A stretch of DNA of 64,000 nt from Octopus sinensis (GCF_006345805.1 NC_043004.1:83762001-83826000); one strand, 5' to 3'; positions 25,254-40,618 are shown, counted from the first letter of the stretch. Program-made: numbers and translations. Notes: generated from the letters alone by a model not told the origin.

Positions 25254-25378
25254 ATATCACGGTTCACGTGTTTCAAGCTTTATAAACGAAGAGAGCTTTC
25301 AACCATCTTTTACATCTATTATACAATGATGTAATGAACAGGTCGTTTATAAAGCTTGAAACCCGTGTACCGCGATAT
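25254..25378. mobile_element. MITE-like 125-bp element with 36-bp inverted termini
   Basis: 25254-25289 vs reverse complement of 25343-25378 match 33/36. Confidence 0.6.
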
Positions 25379-25408
25379 ACTTTGTGTTCTGTTTTTGATT
25401 TTATTTTA

Positions 25409-25448
<40 letters not shown>

Positions 25449-25451
25449 ATA

Positions 25452-25483
<32 letters not shown>

Positions 25484-26672
25484 GGTACAGGAATGGAGGA
25501 CAGTACTAAATCGGATGGATTCATTGATATCATACACCTATCAGAAAAGAAAAGTTGAATGAGAGGATAATGAGGGAAATACAGCCTATATATATATGCA
25601 TTCGATAAAATAATTAACGAAATTATAATTTGTAATTTAACCAAAGAATTTGATAACATACACTATCTTAAAATCATAATTGATAGATCCTTCTTGGAAT
25701 ATGATAAGGATATCACAATTAAAAACCATATAAATAACACGAATTGACTTTGGAGAACTACGCTTTTTTTACGGTGGAGAAAGACGGATGCCCGTGCTGT
25801 AGGATGGAAGATAAAACATACATAGCTCTCAATGTAGTTTTTACTCTTGTACATGGGTGAAAGAAACAAGACAAACATAATGGTTAGCGGTTTTATTTGT
25901 ACTACAGTACAACGACTTGGTGAAGGTATTACGTCTTAAGGTGACCCCTTGTTTCACGGGTGTCAAAATGTATTTACAAGACTTTGTGTCATCTGAAGAC
26001 CACTGATAAATAGCTGTATCAAGCAGAAGTTGCTGAAACTATGGATACGAGATTGATTTTACAGTTGCGAATTCACGGTTCATATATTTTTCAGAGTAAA
26101 ACGAAGGTTTCATAGAGCTGAATACTTCAAAGAACAGGGAAATCTATGTAAAGAGAAGGAATATATAAATGATGCAGTAACAAATACAATAACATAGGCC
26201 ATCATCCAGAGTACCTCTATGTAGCGATGTGGAGTTTATAAAGGGAATATCTTTATGCTCAGTATAATACATACATGAACGAATATTATTATTACTATCT
26301 TAAAATGTACCCAAACCCCATAGAATCTGCCGTCATTTGTGTTCCCAAGACATTTAAAGCTCCAAACCGCACAAGTATACTTCCTCAAATATAGCCAGTA
26401 TTTTGTATCAGAAGATACTTTTCAACAGATGAGTTATGTGCTTCATTTTCGGTTTATCTACGAATCGCTGGGTGCGGATTGTATATATCCTCAGTGATAT
26501 CTATAATCAAGCAGAGTAAGATTTGGAACACGGCAAAATATCTTTAGAGAATTACTATTTGTAAATCTCACGAAGAGATATTCAACAACAGTACTTTGGT
26601 GTAGAGATGGTTTGCCAGCATAACATGGCAGACCTGGTTTAGGTCGAATGTTACTGTAATTTAGTACCAGTT

Positions 26673-27068
26673 TTTTCCTCTTATTTTCAACACACAATTA
26701 GAACATATAATTGTCTTTTGTAAGTATATTTTGGAGTAAAGCTTATTTGCCAACATAACATGGCAGTCCTGGTTTAGGACGAAGGTCGCTGTAAATTAGC
26801 GCCAGGCGACATAGTCTCCTGCTGGCTATACGACGCGATATGTGTCTTATATTTACGAACAAAGGTGCTAGATTCCGTTGTTCGAAAATATAAGGTCACA
26901 TATCGCGTCGTATAGCCATGTGGAGATGATGTCTCCTGGCGCTAAATTGCAGCAATATTTGTCCTAAAACAGGACTGCCATGTTATGTTGGCAAACAAGC
27001 TTTACTCCAAAATATACTTACAAAAAACAATTATATGTTCTAATTGTATGTTCAAAATAAGAGGAAAA
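26673..27068. repeat. ~396-bp foldback, ~189-bp arms, 17-nt spacer
   Basis: Manual alignment gives about 20 differences between arms; partial third arm copy at ~26612-26670. Confidence 0.93.
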
Positions 27069-28152
27069 ACTGTACTTGAAAATGTGTATAAACAATATTG
27101 TTAGCATTCAAGTCCGGCTGCTGACATTTCAGATAATGACATCAAAACAAGGCAATAATCATTGTATTACAAAGTACCATATGTTCGTAAAGGAATATGG
27201 AATCTCTAGCCGTATTTGAAACAGGTCACTGAAGACAACTGAAGACGATACGCAGAAGGCTCTAGTTAGGAACATGAATTATATCATGTTTACTATCAGA
27301 TCGATACTCTGGTGAACATTCATTTAGTTGACGTGATTATCCTTCAATCGAGACGTCTTTATACAATTACTAATTATTCTTAATTATCCAATATAGAGTT
27401 TCAATTACAAAGATGATAGGAGGTATGGTAAAAATGTCTTGATTATGGTAGCAAATCTGGTTTATATAATCCGTTTGTTTAGTGAAATACACCTGTCGTT
27501 ACATATCTTTACAATATTTTGTTGATATTTTCTAATATTTCCATACATAAAATGAACAACGGTTAATTGCACTCACTAACATTAATCAGCTGAAATTAAT
27601 CATGAGATAAACAGTTAAAAAGTAATCTTTTGCAGACGACAGTCTGAAAGACTTATTGGAAGCTAATTGTTAAGACAACAAAGAGCAAAGCAATAAAATT
27701 TCTAAATCTCTCTACAGATTGCACTTTGAGTGGTGTAGGCTTCCAGGTGACACATTTTTAGTCAATATTGGTCACATAGCAACGAATATATTTAATGTCT
27801 GTATGTTGGGTATGATGATATCACTACTGTATCCGCTGTGAAAATACAAAATAGAGATGGAATATTTTTTTAAATGGCATATAGCAGATGGAAGCATGAA
27901 TACTATGATATTATGATTTTCTCGAAAATCCTTTTGGAAACACAAGTTGGTCACACTGCAATACCTCCCACTCAAGAATTCAGCTACAGAAAAATCTTAA
28001 TTATAAACCTTTTTCGTGCAAGGACTAAATTATGCGACCAGATGAATATTTTCGATTGAAAATTAGTTGAATTTGAATTGAAGTATGTATCTCATTGTCT
28101 GTCTCTTTCTCTCAGTCTCTCTATCTATCATCTATCTATCTATCTATCTATA

Positions 28153-28239
<87 letters not shown>

Positions 28240-29193
28240 ATTGTTCTATCTATCAATCTCTCACTCCTTATCTCTCTCTCTATCTATCTATCCATCTATC
28301 AATATATATATATATAGGACAACAAAACTAAAAAAAAACAAGGACTGATCATTCGAAGTTTTCTTTCCTCAGACAAGTACCAGATTATCTTCGCAATTTT
28401 GGCTGAATATATATATATATATATATATATGTTTGCGTCTGTATTTTTGTGTGTGTTTTTGCGTGTACCTCTCTGTGTGTACGTGTGTGAGCTTGTGTTT
28501 GCGTTTGTCTAGCAACATACCTTTCCTTCACAACTTTCTACGTGAAATAATGGTTCAGCAAAATAGTACGATAGGAGAGTACGAGAATTAAAAAGATGTC
28601 ATGAAGGCGGGCTTCACGGTTCAACGCAGTGCCCCACAATGGCCACTGGTCAACAGCTGAGAGACCTAGAAATAACAAATAACAGAGTATATAGACATCT
28701 CATTGGTACAAAGAGAAAGTTGCATTTGTTTTTCTTTTCAAAACGAAAGAAATACAGCTTCAAAATTTCATTAAATCGATAATTATCTCAAGTTTCACTA
28801 AGCCATCTGGTACAAAATAATTTACAATTCCTCTTGATCTCAATGTCTTCAGTTTTATCAATAAATTATTGGAAAAGAATGTTTGTCGACATAAGATTCA
28901 ATTCAGCTTATCAACACTATATTCTAATAAACGAATGTCAAAAGAAAAAAAAAACTACCTTGGCCTTATTTCAAAATATTCGATCTTTTGTACATTTGGA
29001 ATATCCTATCATCCAGCAATCATTTAAACAAAGTACCTCTTTAGTAACATGGTATTTTTATTATTGTCAGGATCTTTTTATATTACCCCCAAAAATACCA
29101 CATTACAGACACACACATGTATATATATATATATATATATACTGAGAGAGAGAGAGAGGGGGAGGGGAGAGAGAGAGAGAAAAAGAGAGAAAG

Positions 29194-29240
<47 letters not shown>

Positions 29241-32200
29241 GCATCTATGTATTAAAACTGATATTGGAAATTGATTGAATACAGTAGAATTTATTGCTTA
29301 ATTCACAACAGATAAGTCGAAGTAACTTGCATTTTCTAGGCGCCTCATATTGTCTCATTTTGATATTTAGTTCGAACGAAACATAAAATCTAGTAGAGAA
29401 TTTCTTCTCGCACAGAACTGCAAAATTTTAGAATTATCAAATTATATACTAAATGTTAATCACAAAGAGAAAACAAGCAACATGCTACTTTTGTTTCCAC
29501 ACAGATATATAAAGCCATAACTTAATGAGGATGTTCACAGATATATAAAGTAATATTTTTTGCGCTGCTTTTAAAGTTATCTATAAATATTCACAAAACT
29601 ATTATCTTGAAACACCATTATGCTAATATGTCTTAAAAAGAGAAAACATGTGAGGTTACCTGCAGTTTACAGCGACATGATGTCTGAAAATCTACAAGAA
29701 ACATATACTAGTAAAGATATTTCAATATATATTGTGGTAGATTAGTTTTTCAAAACTTTGTATGAAGTCGCTCTCGAAAATAGATTCACTGTTCCTTAAT
29801 TACTATTCTATTGTAAATCAAGATCTATGAAATATTTTCAAACACTTCACTTACGACGGTGTGCGTTGACACATTTTTGAGGCAAATCCAATCGCTAATA
29901 TACGTAATTAATCTCCTCACATACACTTACACACACACACATCAAACATAACTAAATTTGATATGTATTAATACACGAAATATTATACAACGTTACACAT
30001 ATATGTGTTACTCAGCAGATTCTCTGACATAATCTTCTGGTGAAAACTTAAGATTTATTCTACATTTTCTCATTTTCTAAAGTGTTTATAATTTATCTTA
30101 ATGGTTCTGAAATATCTTCAGTTATTATTTAAATATGTAAACACCATTTTACCTTCTTCTTGTAACATATTCTCTTTTCTCAAGCTTTCCACATTTTCTA
30201 CCCCCCCCACTGCAATTTCTTTTCGTTTCTATTAATGTTTCCTTGCCTTTTTTCTCTTCAGTTAGCACTCATAACACATTTTATTGTTCACTTCAGTTTA
30301 TGTTAACCATCCCTGACATTGCTTTCGTTAGGCTGATTATAATTTTGTTTTCTCCCATTCTCTTTGCGTTTCTTCTATTGTATACTTAATACTTTCGTCT
30401 TATGTTGTAAAATTTCTTCCTTCATCCCTGGCCCTTAGAAATGTTCCGCTTCATCTCTTCATTTAACTATTTAAATTTGGTATCATTGCAATATGAATCG
30501 CATTTGGCAATGATTTCTTGATGAAGAAACGCTAACTTATTTTGATTGTACATTATTTACACTATTTACAATTGACGGATATAGAACTGTTTCATTTGAT
30601 TGGCTTCCGGTTACATACCCATCACATTCCACATCTACCATTTTCAAATTATGCTTATGATTATTACGTAACTCTGGGCTTCCTACAATACCTGTCAATT
30701 TAAGAAATTACACATTCTTTTTAAATCATACTCAATATTTCTTGTACTCTGTGTATATATATAGATATAAGCCTGCATTTGTCTGTCTTACTGCATCTAT
30801 GTGTGTATGTTGGCTTCAATACACAAATATATACATATTCATACATACATACATACATACATACATACATACATACATACATACATGCATAGATTCATAC
30901 ATAAAATTGAAAGTTAAACAATAACGCAACGCAAACTTCCATACATTAATCCCTCGCCATATCATGGTTCACATATTGCGTTTATTATTCAAGCTTACAT
31001 CAATTCCTCCGTGGTGTTGTTATGCATTTATAATAAAATAAATATATGCAAATTAAAAATATATATATATATACAGTGCAGTACTGTTTCTATTTCGCGC
31101 AAGTTAACCTATCGCCGTGCGTTTTGGAAGGTAACGCCCGCGATAGTCCAGGGTTTACTGTATTCTGTACTATATTCATTTTCCAAGGAAATACGGAAGG
31201 TAACTCAGCAATAGTTTAGATGAATTCCGCCACTTGGTGCCATAAATATATCACAGTAAGAAATTGGCGTTCGAAAAACATTGCCAGCTGATATCATGAC
31301 AGATGACATAGCTTGTGCTAACATAACATATCTGCTGTGTCACCACTCTTAAGTAAGTATCGATGTTTGATTGTTTTGGTGTACATATAAGCCTCGAAGT
31401 TTCTAGAAATTGTGAATGTCTGTTGCTGATAATCTGTAGGTGATTTATTTATTGTCGTGAGGTACAGAAGAGCTTTTAAAACGAAGATGCTAAATAAAGT
31501 ATTGTGTACCTGAAATGCATTTTCTGCTCGGCCTTCTATTGCCGCACGCAAGACGATGAAATGTCCGAATTAGAATAAAGCTAAATTCTTTAATTTGATG
31601 CAAAATAACCATCACACCAGATATTTCCTTTTGCTGGATTTCTGAGTTAAAATTGTGTAAGAGTTAATATTATTCTGAAGACTTTGTATGAAAAGAATAC
31701 TTTCCTAACTGGGGTGACAGTAATTTAGATTTTATATTTCGATGAATCGATGCAGTATATTTCACTTAAACACCATTAATATTTGATCATGTAAGTTAAT
31801 TGTCGATGCCAATATAAAGCCGGTGCTTGCGGAACACGCATCCGAAGATTTTGCTTAAATATCTCTTCCTGTACCGAATATTTGTCAAGTAGGTGTTTCT
31901 CTAGTCGCAGCACTTCACACAGTATTTTCTTTATGTTCTCTAATAACGTTGATTTAAGGAGTTGATAAGTAGCTTTTGTTGAGAGATATATATGTGTTTG
32001 ATAGCTTCAGTCTTTTAAGTTGTCACATCTGACAGAACCATAAGTTGCATGATAAGATCACTAAATTCTTGACAGCTGGTGAAAGGGAATTGACTAAAAT
32101 AGAATACAGCTAAAATAACAATGTAATTTTAGGAGGGAAGAAATCAATGATGTTCTGAATTAATTGAAGGTTTCAGAGAAGATATGAAGGCGTACTGCGT

Positions 32201-32773
32201 CACTTGCTTTTGTCTTTTTTCTCATGTGTCTCATACGAAGTTACTGGTACTTCACAATGGTTTACTGTTCTATGCGAAAGTAAAGAATGTGTGAATAAAT
32301 TGAAGTATTTTCCCCTGTACTTGAATCTCCGGGGGTCACGTGTTTAGCAAGTGATGAGTATCGTTGACAAGACGTATGAGTGAGTTGTAATTCTGTATCA
32401 CATATTGGCCAATAGTTTAAAACTTTTGCTGTGTATGGAATTAAGTCAAAACCGACTGCAAAACGTTACAGTAACGCTAGATTCGGAATTGCATACTTGG
32501 AAACTGCAAGTTTCGTATCAGAACTTTGAGGTATTGGTATATATGAGTGAGTCCATACATTATACTTTACATGTGTGATTTACAACGAGAAAGATTACAT
32601 AGCGATATTTAGAGAGAAATGAGCAACCATATAAATTTACACACGTATTGCTTTTTATATTTGTTCCGTCAATGCTATATCAATGTTACTTCTTGTTAAA
32701 ATCTTAGAACATAAAGTCCAGTTAGTGAAAGTCTTAAGTTATAAAATATAAGATTAAATGTGTGTGTGTGTGT

Positions 32774-32832
<59 letters not shown>

Positions 32833-33460
32833 AGAAATAGATGGAACGGCCGATATACCAACACAGATATAGATAAAATGACGTATAGTTACACAAATAA
32901 AAAAAACAGATAGAAAGAAAAAGTGAGAGTGTGAGAGAAATCTAGACAGATGCAGAGACACAGAGACAAATAGATAACTTCACTAGTACATAGATGCATA
33001 GAGACATAAATATTATGCTACAATATATTGCCCGTAAATATGTATAGCTAGTGTTAATATCAATTTTTTTAACATTTGAGTAGAGCTCTCCTTGCCTGAG
33101 GTTTGGAATAAGCTACGTTTTCTATTGTATTGAAATTATTTTACTAAATTATGGCAGCAAAACGCAACGTTCCTATATAATCGTTGGTAAATTACCGGCT
33201 TCTTCATCATCAGGCACTAAAAAGCGTCAGAAATCTTTAAAAAGAACATTTCTTTCACATCAGTGTGTTATTACGTATGAGATAGTTATAGAAATTTTCT
33301 TACTTGGTGGTGTAATCATGGCAATATAGATTGTGGCATTATTTGCATTGATTATATGATATTATGATGAAAGCAACTACCACGATTAGATTTAACATTT
33401 CTGCCTATTTAGCTATGTAACGGTATTCACTTTTCACTCCATTGCCTACGTGAAATTATC

Positions 33461-33534
<74 letters not shown>

Positions 33535-33618
33535 ATATATATATATTGATATATATATTGATATATATATATATATGCACGATAATTTCATCGTCTCCGA
33601 TGAAGGATATTATTATTA

Positions 33619-33709
<91 letters not shown>

Positions 33710-34207
33710 TTCTGGAGTATCTCGGGCACATGATTAGAGTATAGTATAGTAAGACAACAGGATAAAGCTGTTAGTAGGAAAGGTTAGGAAGGTAACTAAA
33801 GGAGAAGTGTGAAATAATGTAACATAATAAATTCGAGGAAAATTAAAGGGATATAAAACAGAATAAAAAACATACAAAAATGTGAAATGAGAAACGAGGC
33901 TGTATAATGTTCGTGACAAATTTAGGGATATGAAAATAGGAAAGGTTTTTTTAAATTTCAGAAATATCCCAAATTTCATGACTGTAAGATATTAAGGATA
34001 CATAGAAAAGTATATATAAAAGAAATTATGAATATGGATATGGGCTGGTAGATAAATAAATAGATAGATAGATATCTGAGCGAGATAGGCTGAAAAATAG
34101 GTTGATACATCGAAAGATAGACAGGTAGATAGGTAATAATAATAGTCCGATAGAGTCTATTATTATTATTATGATTGTTGTTGTTGTTATTATTATCATT
34201 ATTATTA

Positions 34208-34277
<70 letters not shown>

Positions 34278-34392
34278 CATAGAGAAAGGTAGATAGATAG
34301 ATGCATACATACATGCATACATACATTTTTTATAGGTGGACAAATAAGTGAGTAGGCGGACAGAATGGTAGATCGATGCATATATAAATATA

Positions 34393-35342
34393 CTAGCAGC
34401 ATAGCCCGGCGTTGCCCGGATATGTAAGAGCCCCTAGTAGGCAACGACTAATCCCAATCTAGTCATTTCCCTCTAGGGAAGGAAGGCGCATATGTAGGTT
34501 GCAATGTCTTCTCTTCACTCGAATACTTCTGTGTATACGATGTTCCTAGCTGTCCCTTTGGGCGAAAACATGAAAACACCATTGTGCCTCCCAACGCGTG
34601 AACAGCTCACGTAGAGTTGACCGTTGGCGAAGCACTGTTCGCCCAACTGTAACCCAGCGACTTGTAGCGTTTGGCCTTGGGATTTATTGATGGACATTGC
34701 GAAGCAGAGTTTAACAGGAAACTGAGAACGCCTGAAGTGGATTGGTAGGTCAGCGCCCAACAGTTGAAGGTACATGCGTGGAATGAAGACGTCCTCTCCC
34801 TTCCCACAACCGGTAAGTATTGTGGCCGTTATTAAATGTGGCCGTTGTACTGTTTAGGTGGAACCAAATTCCTGATGAGCATAATGGGCGCACCGACTCT
34901 TAACTTCAGGATGTGTGGCGGCAGGCCTGGCGGTTCAAGTGAATTCAGGAATTCAACAGGATAATTGGCAAGCTCGGCAGGGTCTGCTGTCCTATCAATA
35001 GATTTATAGACAGACGCGGACATCACCGTGAATAGCTTCAAGTAGCTGGATATCGATGGAGTTGAGAGTTAAAAAGGTCGAGTTGCGTCCCCTAGACAGT
35101 CCGTGGTTTGTGTTTCTGATTCTCGACCACATGTCGAATTTATCAATTTTTTTCAGAACAGGGGGAACTTCTCAAAATTTTCGCTGCGTTAGTTTTGAAT
35201 TATGACATTGGGCTATGTGTGTGTCAAGTTTCATCAGAATCGGTTGAAAGCCGTGGTCAGGGTAAGGGTACAACCTGACAGACACACAGACACACAGACA
35301 CACAGACAGACAAACTGCCGTTTATATATATATATATATATA
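34393..35342 (-). mobile_element. Internally deleted Helitron retaining both ends and the PIF1-like helicase C-terminus
   Basis: 3' CTAG followed by T, with hairpin ccgggcaacgccggg just upstream. Helicase motifs [33 protein letters not shown] and QFPVKLCFAMSINKSQGQTL...GQLYVSCSRV. 5' part (ta)n-aaacggcagtttgtctgtctg is typical of non-autonomous Helitrons. Confidence 0.9.
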
Positions 35343-35425
35343 CTTTATTTTAAGCAGCAGAAAATTCAACAAAATCTGTTACTCTGAGTTTATATATATA
35401 TAAATAGAAATATAGATAGATAAAC

Positions 35426-35493
<68 letters not shown>

Positions 35494-36669
35494 TGATTGA
35501 TTGACAAGAAGTGAGATAGAAGCATTTTGATATAAAGAGTCACCTACATGTGGTTTGTGACGTGTAGAGTTCACTCTTGATGGCTGATAAATTTTATGAT
35601 GTAAGTGCTTCGAATCGAAGTGGTTCGCTCTTTAGGGTTTAGTTCTTACGGTGTTCATTGCGAGGGAAGCTGATAGGCATACGTACAGAAATTTAATCAA
35701 GATGGATGTCACTAAGTAGGGTCACTGGCTTTTAGTGGTATACTCGAAGTCATCGACCCAAAAACTTAAATGCCTTATGTGAATTTTGATGAATTTACGG
35801 AGATGTCAACGACCAAATGCAACCACAGGCATAACTAAATACACATACACTCATACACCTACATATACACGCACACAGTTTGCATATATTTTCCACGTAT
35901 GAAATGTATTCACAAGTCATTAGTCGACCAAAGAGCATATTAGAAGACACTTGCCCAAACTGAAAACTGCGTGATTACAAAGCAAGTTTCTTATCGACAT
36001 TTCTGTGTTACATTCTACGTTTCATAATATTTCAAATCATTCAATGAATTTATTAAACATAGGTAAGGAAAAAACATACAATGACAGTTGCTTCTGTCGT
36101 GTGTCATGAATCCATATTCTAAAGAAAATAGATGGTAGGTGACATATATCGTTTATTTTAATTCCAGGTCTGACAGATCTAACCTCAAATATCCAAATCA
36201 CAAAAATAAGTTGCATTAATCTTATCGATTCTCAGGCAGAATTGCTAGTTAAATATACAATGCGTGTGAAATACTAGCATACTAGCTGACCACGTTCCGT
36301 CAATAATGGTGGCTAATTGTAGTATTTAATAATTAAATAATGTACAAAATAATGTGCCTCATAATCATAATCACACATACAAACATTCACACATTTCCCA
36401 TGTAAACGCACACACATACACATATATATTCGCCCAGTGTTGAAAGGTTGATTTATTTTACCCCTTCTTTTCTCACGTTGCTATTACTTTCCCTCCCTCG
36501 CTCTCAGCCAGGACTATTACTCTCACTACTTCTCCTTCACTAAATTACTATTTTCTCTCCTCCTCCGCAACCGGCGTGATTCTGGACATTTACATATATA
36601 TATAAATATGTAAATAGAACTAAAATGTAACAGGCGAGAACAAAACATCCGGATAGTTAGACCGTGTGC

Positions 36670-36850
36670 AACCTATGGAGGAAGATCATGAGAGGAATTT
36701 TCTCAAATATAAGGATCTGGTAGAGAGTGCAGTAAAACAGGCCAGTAGCAAGTATCGAGGCAAAGGAAGCGGGCCTTTGAGATATAGTTTGGCAGTAACT
36801 AATCATGCTTGGAGATCATTTTTAAAATCTCTGAGTGAGTATGGTGTTAT
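36670..36850 (+). mobile_element. Possible decayed NeSL/HERO-like REL endonuclease fragment
   Basis: MEEDHERNFLKYKDLVE followed by +1-frame ECSKTG resembles MEEAHERKxxKYxxLVEECxxxGW; the rest is poorly conserved. Confidence 0.35.
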
Positions 36851-37209
36851 TTACAGCAAAGGCGAAGATTATAGCATCAAAAAGATATATTTAAGACATA
36901 TTTTGTATAACTTATAACATCGGAATAACACATTAAGATCATTTTTTATATACATCGACATAAATATGAAAGATGTATATGAACATAAATTTATATAAGT
37001 GTATGTGTGCGTATGTACTTGTAATCACGAGGCATATGGTCATTTAACTGGACAGTAGTTCATTTCCTTCATCTTCACAATTTAAATACTGTGTTTGGTT
37101 TTAACTGACAATATGGTGGTGCGTTGAATGACAATTAGGCTGTAAAAAACTTAATGACATACATACGTATATGTATATAAATATATATATATATCTATAT
37201 ATATATATG

Positions 37210-37252
<43 letters not shown>

Positions 37253-37260
37253 ATATATAT

Positions 37261-37339
<79 letters not shown>

Positions 37340-37779
37340 ATGTATGTATATATATATATATCAACACATATACAGACACGCACGTATGTGTACAGAAATA
37401 TATACATCCATACATAATTATATATACATATATAAGTAGATTTTCCACACTTCCTCTACTATGTCATGCGTCTAATTTAGAGTCGTCGTAGGTAGAGATT
37501 AATTACTTTTGCCATATCATTTTAGAGAAACACAAACATGGCACGGTTTAATTACCATTTATAATTATCTCTCATTCATCACAGAAGACACCAGCTTCCG
37601 ATATAAAAACTATCATAAACAATCACATACTCAAATAAATGCTCTCACAAAGATATACGAAGAGGAAACTGCGCACAGAATCGTACGCAGTGGCACGCAC
37701 ACAGACACATTTATGTGTGCGTATGCATGTATGTGTATATATATATATATACATATTTATATACACTTTACTCTCTTTA

Positions 37780-37990
37780 CTCTTTTTCTTTTTCAGCCAT
37801 TTGACTGCGACCATGCTGGTGCACCGCTTTTAGTCCAGCAAATCGACCCCAGGATATATTCTTTCTAAGCCTAGTACTTATTCTATCGGTTTGCTTCTCC
37901 GAACCGCTAAGTTACGAGGACGAAAATACACCAGCATCGGCTGTGAAGTGATGTTGGGAAACAAACACAGACACACAAAGATATACACCC
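37780..37990 (-). mobile_element. SINE family B, 3' part
   Basis: tttcagccatttgactgcgaccatgctgg...ccgctaagttacgaggacgaaaatacaccagc is the reverse complement of the 24930-25085 type. Confidence 0.8.
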
Positions 37991-37999
37991 ACACACGCA

Positions 38000-38051
<52 letters not shown>

Positions 38052-38792
38052 TATATATATATATATATATATATGTATAATATACACCAGACTATAAATC
38101 GTCGGTCACAATGCGCCTTGCATAGTTTTACCATTTGAATAATGCATCAACGGTTGGCAATGCGCAAGCCAACACTCACTCTGATGAGAAAGCCAGTTAG
38201 TAACAATTTTGCATGTTTTGGACAGACTCGACTGGAATAACATGAAACGAAATGCTTTGCTGAAAGAAAGAAATGTGCGACGCGAGCACACGGTCTAGGA
38301 CCACTACCACTAACAACAACAAAGCTAATGGTGCTCATTATGATGATAGCAGGAAAATACTAAATATGTCAAAAGAAAGGTCAGTTAAAATTACCTTATT
38401 TTGGGGTTTAAAGTACTATTACCACAGCTACTCTTACTACCATCACCATCATCATTACCACAAACAACAATAACAATGATAACAATGATAAAGATGACAA
38501 TGATGATGATGAAAATTGAAATGTAAAGATCCCTGGGAAATGTTTCCAATATTTCTAAAAATAGCACAAGTACTGCTTTTGCCAGGGCCAAAATACAGGT
38601 CTCTTGAAATGGTCAACAAACAGTGACGCTCAAACCTATTTCTTTACTACACACAAGGGCCAAACCAATCACCGATCAACTTAAGTAGATCAATCAAATA
38701 AACACACTGTCGAACAAATCGGTAGACGGAAACCGAAAGACCAAAGAAACTTATCGCATATAAGTAAATATCTATGTGTGTGCGTGTCTGTA

Positions 38793-38856
<64 letters not shown>

Positions 38857-38976
38857 TGTGTATGTTTTTTTGCGAGAAACTAGGAGAGAAACTCTGTGAT
38901 GTTTGTTCCGTACACCGCTTGATAACAAGTGTTGGTGCTTTTACGTCCCCGTAAGTGAGCGGTTCGTGAAACCTAT

Positions 38977-39400
38977 AGGCGTAGGAGTGGCTGTGTAATA
39001 AGTAGCTTTCTTACGAACCACATGTTTCCGGGTTCAGTCCCAGTGCGTGGCACATTGGAAAGTGTCTTCTACTATAGTCTCGGGTCGACCAAAGCCCTGT
39101 GATTGGATTTGGTAGACGGCAACTGAAGGAAGCCCGTCGTATATATGTATGTGTGTGTATATTTGTGTGTGTATAGATATATGTATATATTATGTGTGTG
39201 CCTGTGTTTGTCCAGCCCCACATCGATTGACAACCGATGCTGTTGTGTTTACGTCCCCGTAACTTAGCGGTTCGGCAAAAGAGAACGATAGAATAATAAC
39301 TAGGCTTACAACGAATAAGTCCTGAGGTCGATTTACTCGAATAAAGGCGGTGTTCCAACATGGCCACAGTCAAATGACTTAAAGAAGTAAAAGAGTAAAA
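38977..39400 (+). mobile_element. SINE family B, full length
   Basis: Colinear with 24683-25103. Confidence 0.88.
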
Positions 39401-40618
39401 AAATATAGCGCGCAGTTGATCTGTTCGAATAACATTCCTGAAGGTAGTGTCCCATCTTGGTTGCAGTGTAATAACTAAAACAAGCAACAGATAAAGATAA
39501 AATATTCAGAGCGACTTGCTTTTATTTGATTTTTATTTAGCGAAAGCCAAGGCTACACACAAACATGTAATCGTCTGTGTAATTTTCCTATGTTCATCTC
39601 ATACCTTTAGATATAAATCGAAACAATAGCATTCCTAAGTCTCTTAGCACAAACTTCAAAGATTTTAGCAATCTCGTTTAAAACATAACATTGTTACAAT
39701 AATTTAATGCATCGTTTGTAAAATCGCCAAGGTTATTCGGTAAAATTCCACAAACAATAATATATACAATGGTAGGTATAAATATTTGTGCAGCGGTAAA
39801 CCCTAATAGGTATCAAGTCATTTTGTATTTTTACGAGCGATGCACTTGGTGTATTTAGGTCGTTTACTTTTTAGGTTTTTATTAGTATTTCTGTTCTGAA
39901 ATTTATGGAATTATACATAAAAATTAAAGTGTTTTAAGCTTGTATTCTTCTCTCCAACTATATTTTCACTAATACAGTATAACGAGTTGCAGCGGTCTCC
40001 TGTTGTATAATCATAGTTAAGCAGAAGAAAGTTTCGTACTTGCTGGGACTAATGTAACTGGAGAAGATTTAAGCTATAAAACTAATGACTTAGCACTGAA
40101 AAGCGCATCGTCCTTAAAGAAATTATATTGTTCGTTGCTTCGTGCTTTTCTGTGAAGAACGTGATTTCTAACATTTAGTATGCAGTCATTTACTGTGAGA
40201 TTTTTTATAATATGTACATCCATCTCTTTCCTGTCCAGTGTCTGTCGGCTTCCGCATTAGGACATCAGAAAAAGGAAATGTAGTTACAAAAGGAAATCAT
40301 AATCTTCAGTTCTGTGTTCGTGCCTATACTTATCTATGGTCCGGCCCTAAAACCTGCCGTTATTCACAACGCCAAAGATAATGTCTTAAACGTGGCTCTC
40401 TTCCATTATATTCCAGGCAATTAATGCATAATTAATAGAAAGATTCTAAGCCACAAAAAAGTTCATAGAGTGGTAGTGCTGGTCTAGATTTACTTAAAAG
40501 TGAGAAGTCATTCAGATATACCTCGGATACAATAGTAAAATCAACGGTCACAAAACAAATTAAATCAAACGTCTTGTCAAGTTTTGCCTAATTGTTTGCC
40601 TTTTCTATTATTATTATT

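Noticed and set aside
29660-29683. 24-nt microexon candidate on the minus strand
   Set aside because: Such splice-site pairs arise by chance in 64 kb of AT-rich DNA; no supporting context.
38175-38255. CTGATGA...GAAAC possible hammerhead
   Set aside because: Spacing and pairing do not give a stem II closed at GAAA, nor a stem I with a cleavage triplet.
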